Shown: positions 11,401 to 20,120 of the stretch, in pieces
Numbering within the stretch: position 1 is the stretch's first letter
Layout of the letters: every line of letters starts with the position of its first letter
Source: a virus
Virus record (IMG/VR): IMGVR_UViG_3300014325_000010
Coordinates: 33,130-97,129 of that record
Strand: one strand, 5' to 3'
DNA length: 64,000 nucleotides
Notes under the pieces: generated by a model
Seen by the model: the letters and a program-made list of their open reading frames with translations, nothing else
What the model was told of the DNA's origin: nothing
Databases searched by the model: none
Translations under genes and position numbers: made by a program

Positions 11401-11663
11401 TCTGCAGCTTGACTTACCTCCGCACTGTATGCTTTGACTTGTGCTTGTGCAACAGACAACTGGCTGTGCATTGCAACAAATCGTTGCATCTCCACACCAG
11501 ATGCCATTGTTTCTTTGGCGTTGGATTTGATTGCCACATCGAGTTGACCCAAACTCTTTATGGCAACCTGAGTGTTGGCACCAATGGCGTATAGAGCTGG
11601 AGTATAATTGTCCTCCAGCTCTATACTACCAAACAGTGTTCCGAGATCGAGGGCTCCGGCCAT
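5430..11663 (-). CDS. Tail tape measure protein (2077 aa)
   Basis: Very long ORF with a coiled-coil Ala/Glu/Lys/Gln-rich N-terminal two thirds, a Gly run (GGGGGGGGS) and Ala/Gly-rich hydrophobic segments. Located directly downstream of the chaperone G/GT pair. Length implies a long non-contractile tail. Confidence 0.9.
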   Translation of the reverse strand: MAGALDLGTLFGSIELEDNYTPALYAIGANTQVAIKSLGQLDVAIKSNAKETMASGVEMQRFVAMHSQLSVAQAQVKAYSAEVSQAAEKIRAAGIAVSQGMVEKLQVATEKLLVAEAGTKKLSVALKEVEKSAADAGAGVLANASKIADAQQRLFTNQKKQAEDADAAVKKAMASSAEATQRAAQLSVQNAEASVKTAEALSKWQNVGSVITEVGRGMRAVGVTMSAAISVPLAAAGAESIKFAGDFEAGMAKVVSLAGASAEEVKNLRGEILKLSGETAIAPEELAKGLFVVESAGFRGAAAMDLMTHSAKMSAIGMGSVEETTRAVVGAMLTFQSTNLTAEQAADQLVKTVQLGNMKVNELVTALARVNPIAAAFGLKFADINASIATFTHLGASTDIAATGIRAILSTMLNDSSKTEKGLKALGVSMSELREEMVTKGLDVALIHLTQRMKELPGGLDKLHDVFPNVRAFVDVLATAGAQEERYAFTTHELLNANNTLNDSFQVTTRTFNFQLASFQTQLHNVGIEIGAVLLPIVTRLLKWFETDMLPIIKAAVEWWAKLPSSIQTATAAFGLFLIAAGPALMFFGEATIGAGHLISAFEKIAGISFAQLILDLFGVERGLSEVALATKTLETAQETLAALKVGGTVASGAALPAIGAGGVGVAATEAGAGAGLLGGMTALELTGYGAIIVALGVAVYELYQHWNDLEKLWENSKGPEVLSLMTDIKNQVKELSGLLNDPVPSGSVLWELYNNLTGLEESRLKFLEIQGILRWMTDSKASNGSVIKELFGDLTGIDQARLKLNEIKGILQWVIDHEKSVKNSSFLPSDTTNLDLASRNLLPFSGVTPGSNVAKIINPVNPFEKSAETTSKAKKAIEDYNKAWSDWAQDSGGWLSILDTLSTEQIKVVDYYLQMGDSVDKVAAKFPNLTKSQIEAVKGTEKLRDAVIELTDAQKTQLNEGFSKGIPASVTAHAEQFMSPILAENYNKELERQYKAIGKIVDAWDDFRSLGATVTDTIAGINAGIRDGAKAAADQGAGVAMLEGMFPDLTRSQADALVKNRTNATNFTNMWEKADDEITKVWMQGYAIRGEIGQQGLGKEIAQIQLATTTEIYEYTKRQKAAGDTAEHIQEMVYAIEAKGAARIAVDRFKWQERSDAELEALRLKDQEVMLGLLGTKQQTELTKIEIALQADLEKLRKQGLDSDTRLVNARIKLAKDEAFAVVAAMDPVWTAWQSLNEDMRKTNASTWGEFLDDTKSFGDAFQTTLIQSMWTPFRNILAGMMADFENLFIAPIMNYFRNVLQQALLNWVSQYTGVSNYLSNSGGGGGGGGSIGNNLVSTAQNLGTKYAFGAIAAHYASTVAAPAVAYGASVATPAVAGTLASHGIAGAATIPNVTSSMAASSGAGGLGAAAGAMGAAAGAGIAGWQLGQWLGSKTESKPLGAAMGAGAGAAAGAAIGSVVPVLGTGIGALVGGIAGAIAGWRAAGKLWDEVKDKQAALVKMFGSTEDEIKSVGEAYALTGHKGTEAEAALHKLWDAKTPQEFDAAMKPIAETLQILKQNTEDLAAASVDSAGRITEAWTRVLDLNKKYGTNAKEVREFITQQTAAIMSGFNDVMAAQKDAVAGYDDIKKAVDDATEAQKKLVESGTASSSQLEKAAKDLKDAIEKQTTAGKNAAGELADLSSEALGTYLTRVAAGASPLDALKDESDALAVLQQEYEDLGIKVEDVGLKQLFTQNTMLRGSGTLFNGISGLTKMMTGLDSIGQETTDMFSAQQRTALQLYTRLQDAAFRAGGTTKDALLPMQDYLHQAEIEAKKLGVPLDAITQQMIDQSKDEGIWKDAITPPPTIQDAIQTLTDTIDDLARALRGLPPITHVHVDETHTVSNGPPETQPPDTSGEERGFALGGVVRAKNFATGGGIRGLNSTDTVPAWLTPGERVLTVAQNKMFESFLAGDQIGNPIFPSIIDTSNPDNGGFARYPWTPPPYVTNRSSGETSTPESSSPPIIDSGQVIHGVGGIGTGSNTGTKSEPMQTYVTFSIKVDGADINDVRGKFIPKLLESIRNDEGGIRTAFESIARKS

Positions 11664-12438
11664 TATGATGCTCGTCTCACTTCGTCAGGAATTTCCGCTC
11701 CATACGCAGAAGCAATTAACAAAGCGATTTGTTTCTTTTCTTGCCACGTTTGTTTCGGTTTAGCGGGCTCCTGTTCGCCAAAGGGAAGTATGTAGTCTTC
11801 TAACTTCAGCGCTTGTTGGTTGACATTCTTAGTCCCGCCTAAGATTAGCATCCCTCGATAAATTTCTGCTAACCATTTAGCGAGCTGAGCATTTCGTATG
11901 TCTTCCCTCTTTTCATCAAACGGCTCTAGGTCAGCGTAGGCACGCCACTCATTAAACAGTTTGAGAGGGATTCGTTTAAGAAACGAATCCACATCCCAAA
12001 TTCCAAAGCGGAGACATAGGCGAAAAGCAAATCGCCTAGATGGGCTCCGCTTTAGCCGTTTTTTGCTGCGTCGGCCTTCACATTCAGATGATTAAGTTTG
12101 AGAACTTCATCAACCAAATGATTGATCATACCAGCACTCTTTTTCTTGAGCTGGTCAATATAACGATCCGATCCAATTCGTTCGTTATCCGCGTTCACCA
12201 TACTTCGAATGAGCAAACGAACACCAGCAGTTTTCTTTGTTCGCTCATCCGTAGCATCCTGCCACTCCGTAAGTTCATCAGTGGTCAGTGATCCAAGACG
12301 AATACACCCTGGAACTTTAGTGAACTTCTCAACATCCACATTCACAAACTGAGTGGGTGTTGGTGTGTTGAGAATTTCCTCAATCGAGAAGATATGAGGA
12401 CCCTCAACTAAATGATCTTTCGGTTCCGACATGTCCAC
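11663..12438 (-). CDS. Tail assembly chaperones G (12052-12438) and G-T fusion made by -1 programmed frameshift into the 11663-11992 frame
   Basis: The 128-aa ORF ends ...GCA GCA AAA AAC GGC TAA. The heptamer A_AAA_AAC (forward coordinates 12058-12064) is a canonical slippery site three codons before the stop. The -1 frame downstream is open (CGG CTA AAG CGG ...) and runs without stops into the 109-aa ORF (first in-frame start codon GTG, translated M in the ORF track as MDSFLKR...). Both lie immediately upstream of the tape measure gene. Confidence 0.7.
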
Positions 12439-12532
12439 ACCTCATGATACCGGGCTCTGTGTAGCGAAAAACACCTTGGTCCGCAGAGCCCGGTGTGACA
12501 CCGGACCAAGGTGCTCCTGGTGTGGAGGAGAT

Positions 12533-13033
12533 TTAACCGATGAGCGTCGTTCCAATCTTCATACGACCAATGAAACGAATGGTAACGTCAGCCGACATTA
12601 ATCCATCTTTGGGCGCATGTGGAACAAAGTTCTGCACACGACCGGACATAATCCACACAGTTCCTTCAGGAAAGGTAACTCGAAAGCCAGTCACCGTGTT
12701 ATTGATGATCAAGCTTTGCAGACCAGTGATATGGTCATGCGTGGGGTCCTGCGGAATGTAGTTAATTGGCATCGTCATCGCGCCACGGCGAAGAACGCCG
12801 AGCACGTACGAGTCAATGTTTTCATTCTGCGTAGTCGAGTCGAACTCATTACGCATGAGTGAAGGTGGGGTGATATCGCCCAGTTCGGCGACATCAGTAA
12901 AAACGGTGGGAGTTAGCACGGTCTGGTAGGCGAAGATCGTGCCATGGCCCGACAAAGAATTGACAGTCCACAGTAAACCGTCGGGACTTTGATCGAGCAG
13001 GGATCCCAGTGCGAAGAAACTTTTGCGATGCAT
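12533..13033 (-). CDS. Putative major tail (tube) protein
   Basis: 166 aa, at the position of the major tail protein (upstream of the chaperones). Beta-rich with TVTGFRVTFPEG...VTIRF segments typical of siphovirus tube proteins. Confidence 0.55.
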   Translation of the reverse strand: MHRKSFFALGSLLDQSPDGLLWTVNSLSGHGTIFAYQTVLTPTVFTDVAELGDITPPSLMRNEFDSTTQNENIDSYVLGVLRRGAMTMPINYIPQDPTHDHITGLQSLIINNTVTGFRVTFPEGTVWIMSGRVQNFVPHAPKDGLMSADVTIRFIGRMKIGTTLIG

Positions 13034-13051
13034 CTGAACTCCTTTGCAACC

Positions 13052-13459
13052 CTAGAATGGTCGCTTGAACCCAAGAACGTTGAACGTATACAACTGCCTG
13101 TTGAAATCGTCTAACGGCATTTCGAAAGGTTCTTGTAGTGGTACGATTTCAACATACCAAACACCATTAACATACGTATTTTTCACAGAAGAAAATAACG
13201 CATAGGCAAATTCAGCTTTTGACTTCGCAATTGTTGGTGATATTGCACGAACAGTAATTGAGGCTCCAGGACGTCGATAAGCAGCTTGAGGAGCCGAATT
13301 TTGTGTACGAAGCGCCCCAGTTCCTCCCGTTTCGTTGATAACAGTAAATGGCCCATTTCCCTTTGGAATAGACCACGCAGAAGATAAACCAATATTTGTA
13401 TTATAGATGCCATACCCGCCATTTACCAAAATTGTAACTAAATCGTTTCCCCAAGACAT
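13052..13459 (-). CDS. Putative tail terminator / tail completion protein
   Basis: 135-aa ORF between the head-tail joining genes and the major tail protein. Assigned by position and size. Confidence 0.4.
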   Translation of the reverse strand: MSWGNDLVTILVNGGYGIYNTNIGLSSAWSIPKGNGPFTVINETGGTGALRTQNSAPQAAYRRPGASITVRAISPTIAKSKAEFAYALFSSVKNTYVNGVWYVEIVPLQEPFEMPLDDFNRQLYTFNVLGFKRPF

Positions 13460-13463
13460 CTTC

Positions 13464-13862
13464 TTATCCGCGCTTTAGTCGAGCATTAATTCGACGTAGC
13501 ATGTAAGGAGCACTTGCAAATAGAACGGATTCGATAAATTTAGCTTGAGTTGGTGGTGCATGGTAGTTGTCTAATTTCTCATGCACGATTATGGCATAAG
13601 GAATGTCGGGGCCACCAGCAACCACACGAGTTGTAATTTTTCGCCCAATGAATGGACGTGTTGCATGAACACTATCACGTAATTGCCCAGGGTGAGGTGC
13701 ATCCGGTCTTAAATCCACTGGAGTGATTCGTGCACACTCTTCTGCTTCAATAACCGTTTCCTCAAATTGAGCTTCCGCAAACGCAGTGGGAAATCTTTGC
13801 GCAAGACTTCGTATCTTACGCTCCATTTCCACATTGCCTTTAACGGTTGCACCACTAGGCAT
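13464..13862 (-). CDS. HK97 gp10-like head-tail joining protein
   Basis: 132 aa. The N-terminal region (KGNVEMERKIRSLAQRFP...APHPGQLRDSV) matches the pattern I associate with the HK97 gp10 family. Position is consistent. Confidence 0.5.
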   Translation of the reverse strand: MPSGATVKGNVEMERKIRSLAQRFPTAFAEAQFEETVIEAEECARITPVDLRPDAPHPGQLRDSVHATRPFIGRKITTRVVAGGPDIPYAIIVHEKLDNYHAPPTQAKFIESVLFASAPYMLRRINARLKRG

Positions 13863-15087
13863 GGACTACATCCTCCAACTCAACTTTAGCAGACGGATCC
13901 AACGCCATCTCGGGATTTACTAACACCTCGTTGATCATTAATGCAAACATATTACCGAGGCTTTCCCAACGATACAGAGGATTATTCGCAAGTTTTAATC
14001 CAAGATCACGATATTTATTTCGAATTTCTTTACTGGTGTAAAAGAAATCCAGTGCTTCCAGAGTCTTCTGTTTGTCGGCAACACCACCAATAGTATTTAA
14101 CATTGGTGTCGTGTTTGTAGAAGTACACGGAATAAGATAAGCGGCATCTTTAGCCCAATCACCATACGCCGCCCAATCAGAAACAATTTGTGGAATCCCG
14201 CAAGCCATCCCCTCTATCGTAGGTAATCCAAAACCTTCACCTTGTGAAGTACTCCACATAACGTCTAACATCGAGTACATTTGAGCTATTCGTTGATCAG
14301 ACCAACCAACCCAGAAAGGTGGAATTGCTGTTAGAAGATGATTTGCAAGTACGACTCCGTATTTCTTAGAGTAGTAATTGGATAATTGTTCAATATCAAA
14401 TCCACTATCATCTGTAGGAGCTTGCTGTAAATAAAGAATTGCGTCATGAATATTTCGCGTTGCAATCCATTCAGCAAAATATTCAATATTGAGATCAAAA
14501 CGTTTTCGAGGGCCATTCCGATTCACATTGCCCACGATAAACGCGTCCAAAAGATTACCTACTAAACCAACATCTTTTCGAGCGGTAAGCCGATCTTGTG
14601 GTTTGTAGATATTTAGGTCTACTCCACAAGGTAGAATTGCGGAAGGACCCGTGTAGCCGCCATTAATTGCTTCTTGACGACCAAATTCTGTCCAAAAGAT
14701 TGCGAGAGACAATCCATTTAGTTTATCTCCTTGGCAATTCAAACTATCTACAGCAACGATTCCAATTACTGGAACGTCTTTCAGTCGCTTAAGATAAGAG
14801 GGAAAATTCCAAGGATCATTTTGGACAATAACCACATCTGGCTTAAAGGTCGCCAATAATTCAGCTATTCGAGGTTGTCCCGACCAATCTCCACCAAACA
14901 TAGCCGATTTAATTGGATATGGATATGCCGTAGGTGTATCACCATTGAAATTAATACCAAGCACCATAACGTCATACGGACCTCCAGGAGTTTCTCGGTA
15001 GTCTACACTGCGGAGAAGACCATGGGTGTTCTTAGCAAAGCCCGACGGACATCCAGCATCACCAATAAATAAAACTTTCTTTCTCAT
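13855..15087 (-). CDS. Glycosyltransferase, GT-B fold (GT1/GT4-like), inserted within the head-tail joining gene block
   Basis: 410 aa. C-terminal EGFGLPTIEGMACGIPQIVSD is the EX7E motif of retaining GT4-type enzymes. Start overlaps the upstream gene stop (15087) and its stop overlaps the next gene start (13855-13862), so it is translationally coupled to virion genes. Confidence 0.75.
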   Translation of the reverse strand: MRKKVLFIGDAGCPSGFAKNTHGLLRSVDYRETPGGPYDVMVLGINFNGDTPTAYPYPIKSAMFGGDWSGQPRIAELLATFKPDVVIVQNDPWNFPSYLKRLKDVPVIGIVAVDSLNCQGDKLNGLSLAIFWTEFGRQEAINGGYTGPSAILPCGVDLNIYKPQDRLTARKDVGLVGNLLDAFIVGNVNRNGPRKRFDLNIEYFAEWIATRNIHDAILYLQQAPTDDSGFDIEQLSNYYSKKYGVVLANHLLTAIPPFWVGWSDQRIAQMYSMLDVMWSTSQGEGFGLPTIEGMACGIPQIVSDWAAYGDWAKDAAYLIPCTSTNTTPMLNTIGGVADKQKTLEALDFFYTSKEIRNKYRDLGLKLANNPLYRWESLGNMFALMINEVLVNPEMALDPSAKVELEDVVHA

Positions 15088-15500
15088 TAACCATCTCTTA
15101 AAGTGATAAGATACTTAGTTAACCAAATTTCTCCATAGAACGGATGTGTGGTATCTGCGTCTACAAATCCTTGTGCCGCAGCCACACGACCAGTCGTACC
15201 ATCTGGACATACGATTATGTCTCGAGGATCAAATGGTTCTGTTCTGCCAGCTGCTCCATTTGGAGGAACTGGTTGGAGGAATAGGATATAAGCATTTGTT
15301 AAAACAAGTTGCCCATCCGAGTCATGTCTTTGAATTACCCGCATGTCTACGATTGCTTTATAGACAGCGGGACTACCATAATGTGGTGTACCATCTCCAT
15401 CTTGGCCAATCCATGGAGTATGTGTAACGTCACCTTGAAGAGATTTGGTAACCCCATCTACCGTCTTAACTGCCTTTTGGATAATCGTCCGAAGGCTCAT
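15087..15500 (-). CDS. Putative head closure / head-tail adaptor protein
   Basis: 137 aa, positioned between the connector-like gene and tail joining genes. Confidence 0.4.
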   Translation of the reverse strand: MSLRTIIQKAVKTVDGVTKSLQGDVTHTPWIGQDGDGTPHYGSPAVYKAIVDMRVIQRHDSDGQLVLTNAYILFLQPVPPNGAAGRTEPFDPRDIIVCPDGTTGRVAAAQGFVDADTTHPFYGEIWLTKYLITLRDG

Positions 15501-16075
15501 CGGTATACTTGAAAGATTGGTTTACGAAGAATAGCTGCTCGAGTATACCACGATGGAACAAGTAAGAGAGCCACGTATGGAGGGATTGTTGTCTTATCTA
15601 GAAAAGCGAATTCTGGATTTGACAATCGTAAGTTAGCATCAAGTAATTGGAGATTACTCGCTGATATGCTATTACGGAATTTTACAGCAACTGGACCAGC
15701 TTTGACAGACTCAATTTGATCTTGATCTTGTTGAAGATTAGATGTAAGATCGTCAACTGTTATTAATCGAGCGTATTCCGATTGAGCATCCTTTAATTCT
15801 TGAGGAATAATAGTGCTTGGTAATGCAAACCCATTTCGGGTAAACATACCAGTTCGAGGCCAAGACAAAGCCTGTATATCATCCACCGCCGAACCCGTCC
15901 ACACAAAAGAAGCATTTATAGTTCTACATGCTTCTATTAGTGCAGCTTCTTGAACATCTGTATCTAAATCTGCCCAGCCAGTTGCAAAAGTTCGGGTTAG
16001 CTGATAAGCAGTCGCTTCTGCAAGTGTAGCATACGAATTTGCGTTTGCTCCACCCACCGTTGCATCTATTGACAT
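15497..16075 (-). CDS. Putative head-tail connector protein (gp6/gp15-like)
   Basis: 192 aa. N-terminus ...YATLAEATAYQL... resembles phage head-tail connector N-terminal helices. Position is downstream of the capsid gene. Confidence 0.45.
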   Translation of the reverse strand: MSIDATVGGANANSYATLAEATAYQLTRTFATGWADLDTDVQEAALIEACRTINASFVWTGSAVDDIQALSWPRTGMFTRNGFALPSTIIPQELKDAQSEYARLITVDDLTSNLQQDQDQIESVKAGPVAVKFRNSISASNLQLLDANLRLSNPEFAFLDKTTIPPYVALLLVPSWYTRAAILRKPIFQVYR

Positions 16076-16082
16076 AAAGTTT

Positions 16083-16121
16083 TCGATTGAAATGACGAAT
16101 TTAATTCGTCATTTCAATCGA
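16083..16121. promoter_or_regulatory. Near-perfect 39-bp palindrome immediately upstream of the connector gene start
   Basis: tcgattgaaatgacgaatt-t-aattcgtcatttcaatcga. On the minus strand it ends 9 nt before the ATG of 15497-16075, and no Shine-Dalgarno lies outside it. Possible translational control or RNA processing site. Confidence 0.4.
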
Positions 16122-16128
16122 CTACGCC

Positions 16129-16551
16129 TTACTTCTTTGTAGTTGGACCAGGATCCTTCGTCAATGTACCAGCAGCAGCATCAAAGGTACTAACTGCTTC
16201 GGGACTGCTCGAACCAACTTTCGTTTCAGCCGAAAGTTTATCTTTCTGGGCTTGAGCAGCTTCGTCACCCTGCGCAACTGGCCCAATGCCAGCATCTTTA
16301 GCAGCGCGATTAGCAGCATTAGCGAAGAACTTCTTATGGACTTCAGCACCGTGATCAACGAACGGTGCATTTTCGTCCACTGCCTCAAACTTATCACGAA
16401 AGGCCACGGCCTGCCGCGCGTTGAGGTGAAGCACATCACCCGGTTGAACATCAACTCCACCGTGATTATGCGCTCGATTCGGACGTAGACGAAATTCCTT
16501 CGTCGGTTCAGTATAAACCGGAGGAACTACCACTTTAACAGAATCAGCCAT
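16129..16551 (-). CDS. Hypothetical head-associated protein
   Basis: 140-aa ORF between the major capsid and connector genes, with an Ala/Lys-rich C-terminus. Confidence 0.4.
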   Translation of the reverse strand: MADSVKVVVPPVYTEPTKEFRLRPNRAHNHGGVDVQPGDVLHLNARQAVAFRDKFEAVDENAPFVDHGAEVHKKFFANAANRAAKDAGIGPVAQGDEAAQAQKDKLSAETKVGSSSPEAVSTFDAAAGTLTKDPGPTTKK

Positions 16552-16620
16552 CTTTGCCTCACTTAGTAAATAGTTTCAAAACTTAGATCAAGGAACGGGA
16601 CAAATCTCGTTCCGGATCTA

Positions 16621-17634
16621 TTACGCCATGTGGCAAATGCCCGAACGCCCTGCAGCTGATGCCTTGATAAGAGGCACACCAATCTGCCATGTCTTGAAGT
16701 TGATTCTGAATCCGCCAAGAGTGTCCCACTGGACGTTCTGAAGTGGTTCTCCTTGCACCCATTGGACAACGTCCGAAGTAGGCATAACCATGACGAGATT
16801 TGCCGCAGGAAGTTGGTCGACAACAGTGATGCTTTGCAGCCCCTCAACAGCCAACAGACGTTCACGAATAGTCTGTGTTCCGAGAGCCTTGAAGTCGTTG
16901 TCCAGAGGAATGTTCGCATCACGGCCGGTGTACAGCCAGTAAGGGCCATACATACGGTTATTCTGCAAACGGGTAATCATGGTAAGAACGTCTGTAAGGA
17001 AATCTGCGCCAGTCTTACCAGGGGTAGCCCAATTTCCACCAGTGAAAGAGGCAGTCAAACGACTTGGGTGAGTCGTGTAACCGTAGATCGGGAAACCAGC
17101 AAACGTCTTTCCACCCTGGAAAAGCATCTGTTCAGCCATCTCAGCCACTCGTCGACCAGCCTGACGCATATTCGACGTATCGAGAGGCTCTCCGCGCTCA
17201 CGCGATGCCACTAATGTACGAAGGTCGAGGAACCAATCTTTATGAGTGAGAGGGATCGGCAAGCTCGCCATGTCGAGTTCTTGCCGGTCATTCTCAGTCT
17301 GCGTTTGTCCGTCCAACGACACGGTCGCGATTCCCATGTCGGTGATTCGCTCGTATTGTAACATCGTCTTACCGAGCGAATTTGCGAGCGGACGAACAAG
17401 GCCCGCCCCGATCAGATCTTGGACACCTTTAAGAACAGTGAGTGCTTCTTGGACGACAACCTCATCAAAGAAAACCCACTCATCTTTCTGGAGAGTATCC
17501 AAGGTTCGAAGAATAGACGAATCCATTTTCCCAGTTTTAGCCGCCTTCAAAAACTGGTCAGCAGCCCATCTTCCGGACGTAGTCCGAATTAGGCTTGCTC
17601 CTGTGTCGACACTGGCCTCATCGTGCATTGTCAA
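16621..17634 (-). CDS. Major capsid protein (HK97 fold)
   Basis: 337 aa at the canonical position after the protease/scaffold and decoration genes. Composition and length typical of HK97-type capsid proteins. A hairpin followed by a T-rich tract lies downstream on the minus strand (about 16585-16606). Confidence 0.7.
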   Translation of the reverse strand: MTMHDEASVDTGASLIRTTSGRWAADQFLKAAKTGKMDSSILRTLDTLQKDEWVFFDEVVVQEALTVLKGVQDLIGAGLVRPLANSLGKTMLQYERITDMGIATVSLDGQTQTENDRQELDMASLPIPLTHKDWFLDLRTLVASRERGEPLDTSNMRQAGRRVAEMAEQMLFQGGKTFAGFPIYGYTTHPSRLTASFTGGNWATPGKTGADFLTDVLTMITRLQNNRMYGPYWLYTGRDANIPLDNDFKALGTQTIRERLLAVEGLQSITVVDQLPAANLVMVMPTSDVVQWVQGEPLQNVQWDTLGGFRINFKTWQIGVPLIKASAAGRSGICHMA

Positions 17635-17681
17635 TCTCCTAAAATTAGTGTTGCTTTGATCTTATCTAGATAAGATCAATA

Positions 17682-18128
17682 TTACATGATCTCAACGCGA
17701 ATATTGGCGCGCACAACCGCAGTTGCATTAACGGATTCAAGAGCACGACCAATAATCACACCGGAACTATAGACCTTGAGGGTTCCGTCACCAGCGCTCT
17801 CCAAACGAGCGTTGATAGTGATATTCTGCCCCGACGCAATCCACGCCAGAACACGTTCGCCCTGCTTGAACGAACCAATTTTAACTGTGTCGCCAATTGC
17901 ATAATCAGACGAAACGGTACCAAGCACTTGGTAGGTATTATCGATACCAGCGCCAAGTTCCGATCGCTCCAATGCAAAAGTTCGAGGGCAAGCCGCACCA
18001 GCAGACGCGTGAGGTGCCACAGATAACACACCATCAACCAAATAGCCAGGCTTGATAGCTGCTGTAGCAACGCCATCCTCATTGATGAGAGGATCGCCTT
18101 TCAACGTGATAACTCTCTTTAGTGCCAT
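17682..18128 (-). CDS. Putative head decoration protein
   Basis: 148 aa, beta-rich and Gly/Val/Ala-rich, positioned between the protease/scaffold and capsid genes where DUF2190-type decoration proteins occur. Confidence 0.4.
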   Translation of the reverse strand: MALKRVITLKGDPLINEDGVATAAIKPGYLVDGVLSVAPHASAGAACPRTFALERSELGAGIDNTYQVLGTVSSDYAIGDTVKIGSFKQGERVLAWIASGQNITINARLESAGDGTLKVYSSGVIIGRALESVNATAVVRANIRVEIM

Positions 18129-18181
18129 GTCGTAATACTCCTTGGATCGATGTCTTTGTTTCTAAGGAAACAAGATTTTTG

Positions 18182-20032
18182 TTACGAAGCCTTGGCCTGA
18201 CGAGCCGCCCGAACACGCTCGTTAAAGTTCGGCGGTGCAGGAACAGTTGTTGCATCCTCGGCGGTACGAGCTGTACCTCGACCCGAGAAATCAACAACGG
18301 GAGCCGGAATCTTGGCAATACGAGACATCCTCTCTAACTGAGGAAGTTCCATAGCCTTCAATTCATCTTCCGAATATTCGGACTGAGCCGACTTCATCAA
18401 AGTTACCAGCTCATTATGACGCGCAGTCTCCTGGGCTTCCTGCCGCGCAATCATGTCCTTCAGCCGTTGCGGAAGAACGGCCATAACCTCGGCCTCAGTC
18501 AAAGGCTCGTCAGCAACAGCCTTTGCGGCAGCAACTCGAGCAGTTTCGGCATCATCAAGAGCCTTCTTCGTCGCCGCGGCAACACGAGCATCCTCTGCAA
18601 TTTTTGCATCAGCCGCATCCTGAGCAGCCTTCTCTTCAGCCGTTTTCTGCGCAGTGCAATGGGCTTCGAGAGCTGCCAAAGTCTCGTCAGATGCCACTTC
18701 AAGCGCTTTCTGGTCTTTGACCAGATTGTGCTTGTTAGCCAGTAGTGCCGCAATTCTCTCAGTCTTCGTCATGTCAATTTCTCCTTCTACGGTTGGGGTT
18801 TGGGCGGACGCCGTAACAGGCGTCTTTCCGCCACAAGAACAAGCAGATTTCATAGGCTCTTTACACGTGGCACCAAGCGCAACTGAATGGTCGTGCATGG
18901 CTTGAATCTTTTCTTTCTGTCCAGCTGCTTCACGTGAATCAACAGTTGGATCACTAGACAAATCAACGACTTCAAACGTGGTGACCGGTTCCACTTCCAC
19001 TCGATTTGCATCGACAGTGTAACCTGCTGTTTCGTCACCAGTATAACCTCGTTGATACAAGCACATGCTACCACCGCCATAGGCGGAATAGACAACCCGA
19101 TCAGAATAGACGGCAACAATACTCCAGCAATCCGGTTCCATCTCTTGGAGCGCTTCCATCAATCCATCACGTACATCTTGATCGGATTCTGTGCCACTTA
19201 CTGAACCTCGTAAAACACCACGAATCGAGGATTTCAGCATATCAAAGAATTTAGAAGTCTTATTCTTTGGTTTTTCGATTGTCTCTGCTGCTTTTGGAGG
19301 ATCAGCGACGTCACTTGTCGTTTCGTCTGCCAATGGTCCAGTTTCCATATCTTCTCCTTTTGTCACTGGAGCACGTGCAGCACGTACACCGCACCCCATA
19401 TCACAACTACATGCGCCGGTGCTACCTTCTTGTAAGATAGCTAAGTGATCAGGAACAATATTTTTCCATTCTCCCTTGTATTCTGCACCTCGATAATTTC
19501 CCGTAGCCTCTTCGTCCATGTCAACGAAAACGCCAACAGAAACTTCAATTTCCTCGTCTTTGGATTTATTAAGAGCTTGCAATCTTTTGACAATAGCGGG
19601 ATCAACTTCATCCGCTTTTTCAACGTCGACCCAAGCTTCTAAGGTAAGCTTTTTCTTTTTGGCAGCAGTATGAAAGACTGTTCCAAAAGCGGCTTTTTCG
19701 AGGAGTTCGGGAGTATTTCCTGGGGTAGGATCGCCATCTTTTAATGGATGTCCGTAGAATAACGGACGCCCATTGAATCCTAAGACAGTCTTAGGATCTG
19801 AGAAAGTTTGTGCCGCCACAAACTCCGGTTCAGGTGCATTCATTGCCTGAATCACACCTTCAACCAACGCTGTGACAGGTGCTACCAGATGTCTACGTCC
19901 CATGTATTGCTCTTCTCGAAGAAGAGGGCCGAGAAGAGCAGTAATATGACGAGCAACACGGGGTGCCACTAAAAGATCGTCATCCTCTAAAACTGAGGTT
20001 TCAGTGGAAGCGAGGTCTAGTTTCATTGGCAT
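18182..20032 (-). CDS. Prohead protease - scaffolding fusion protein
   Basis: 616 aa. N-terminal globular domain (..FYGHPLKDGD..DHLAILQEGSTGACS..) followed by a long Ala/Glu/Lys coiled-coil C-terminus typical of scaffolds. Located just upstream of the decoration and capsid genes. Confidence 0.55.
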   Translation of the reverse strand: MPMKLDLASTETSVLEDDDLLVAPRVARHITALLGPLLREEQYMGRRHLVAPVTALVEGVIQAMNAPEPEFVAAQTFSDPKTVLGFNGRPLFYGHPLKDGDPTPGNTPELLEKAAFGTVFHTAAKKKKLTLEAWVDVEKADEVDPAIVKRLQALNKSKDEEIEVSVGVFVDMDEEATGNYRGAEYKGEWKNIVPDHLAILQEGSTGACSCDMGCGVRAARAPVTKGEDMETGPLADETTSDVADPPKAAETIEKPKNKTSKFFDMLKSSIRGVLRGSVSGTESDQDVRDGLMEALQEMEPDCWSIVAVYSDRVVYSAYGGGSMCLYQRGYTGDETAGYTVDANRVEVEPVTTFEVVDLSSDPTVDSREAAGQKEKIQAMHDHSVALGATCKEPMKSACSCGGKTPVTASAQTPTVEGEIDMTKTERIAALLANKHNLVKDQKALEVASDETLAALEAHCTAQKTAEEKAAQDAADAKIAEDARVAAATKKALDDAETARVAAAKAVADEPLTEAEVMAVLPQRLKDMIARQEAQETARHNELVTLMKSAQSEYSEDELKAMELPQLERMSRIAKIPAPVVDFSGRGTARTAEDATTVPAPPNFNERVRAARQAKAS

Positions 20033-20120
20033 GATGGTGGTAAACGTATCATTACCTATTTATCATCCAGAAAGCTAGTTCAAACGGAGGTGATTTTATA
20101 AATCATTTCTTCGTAATGTT

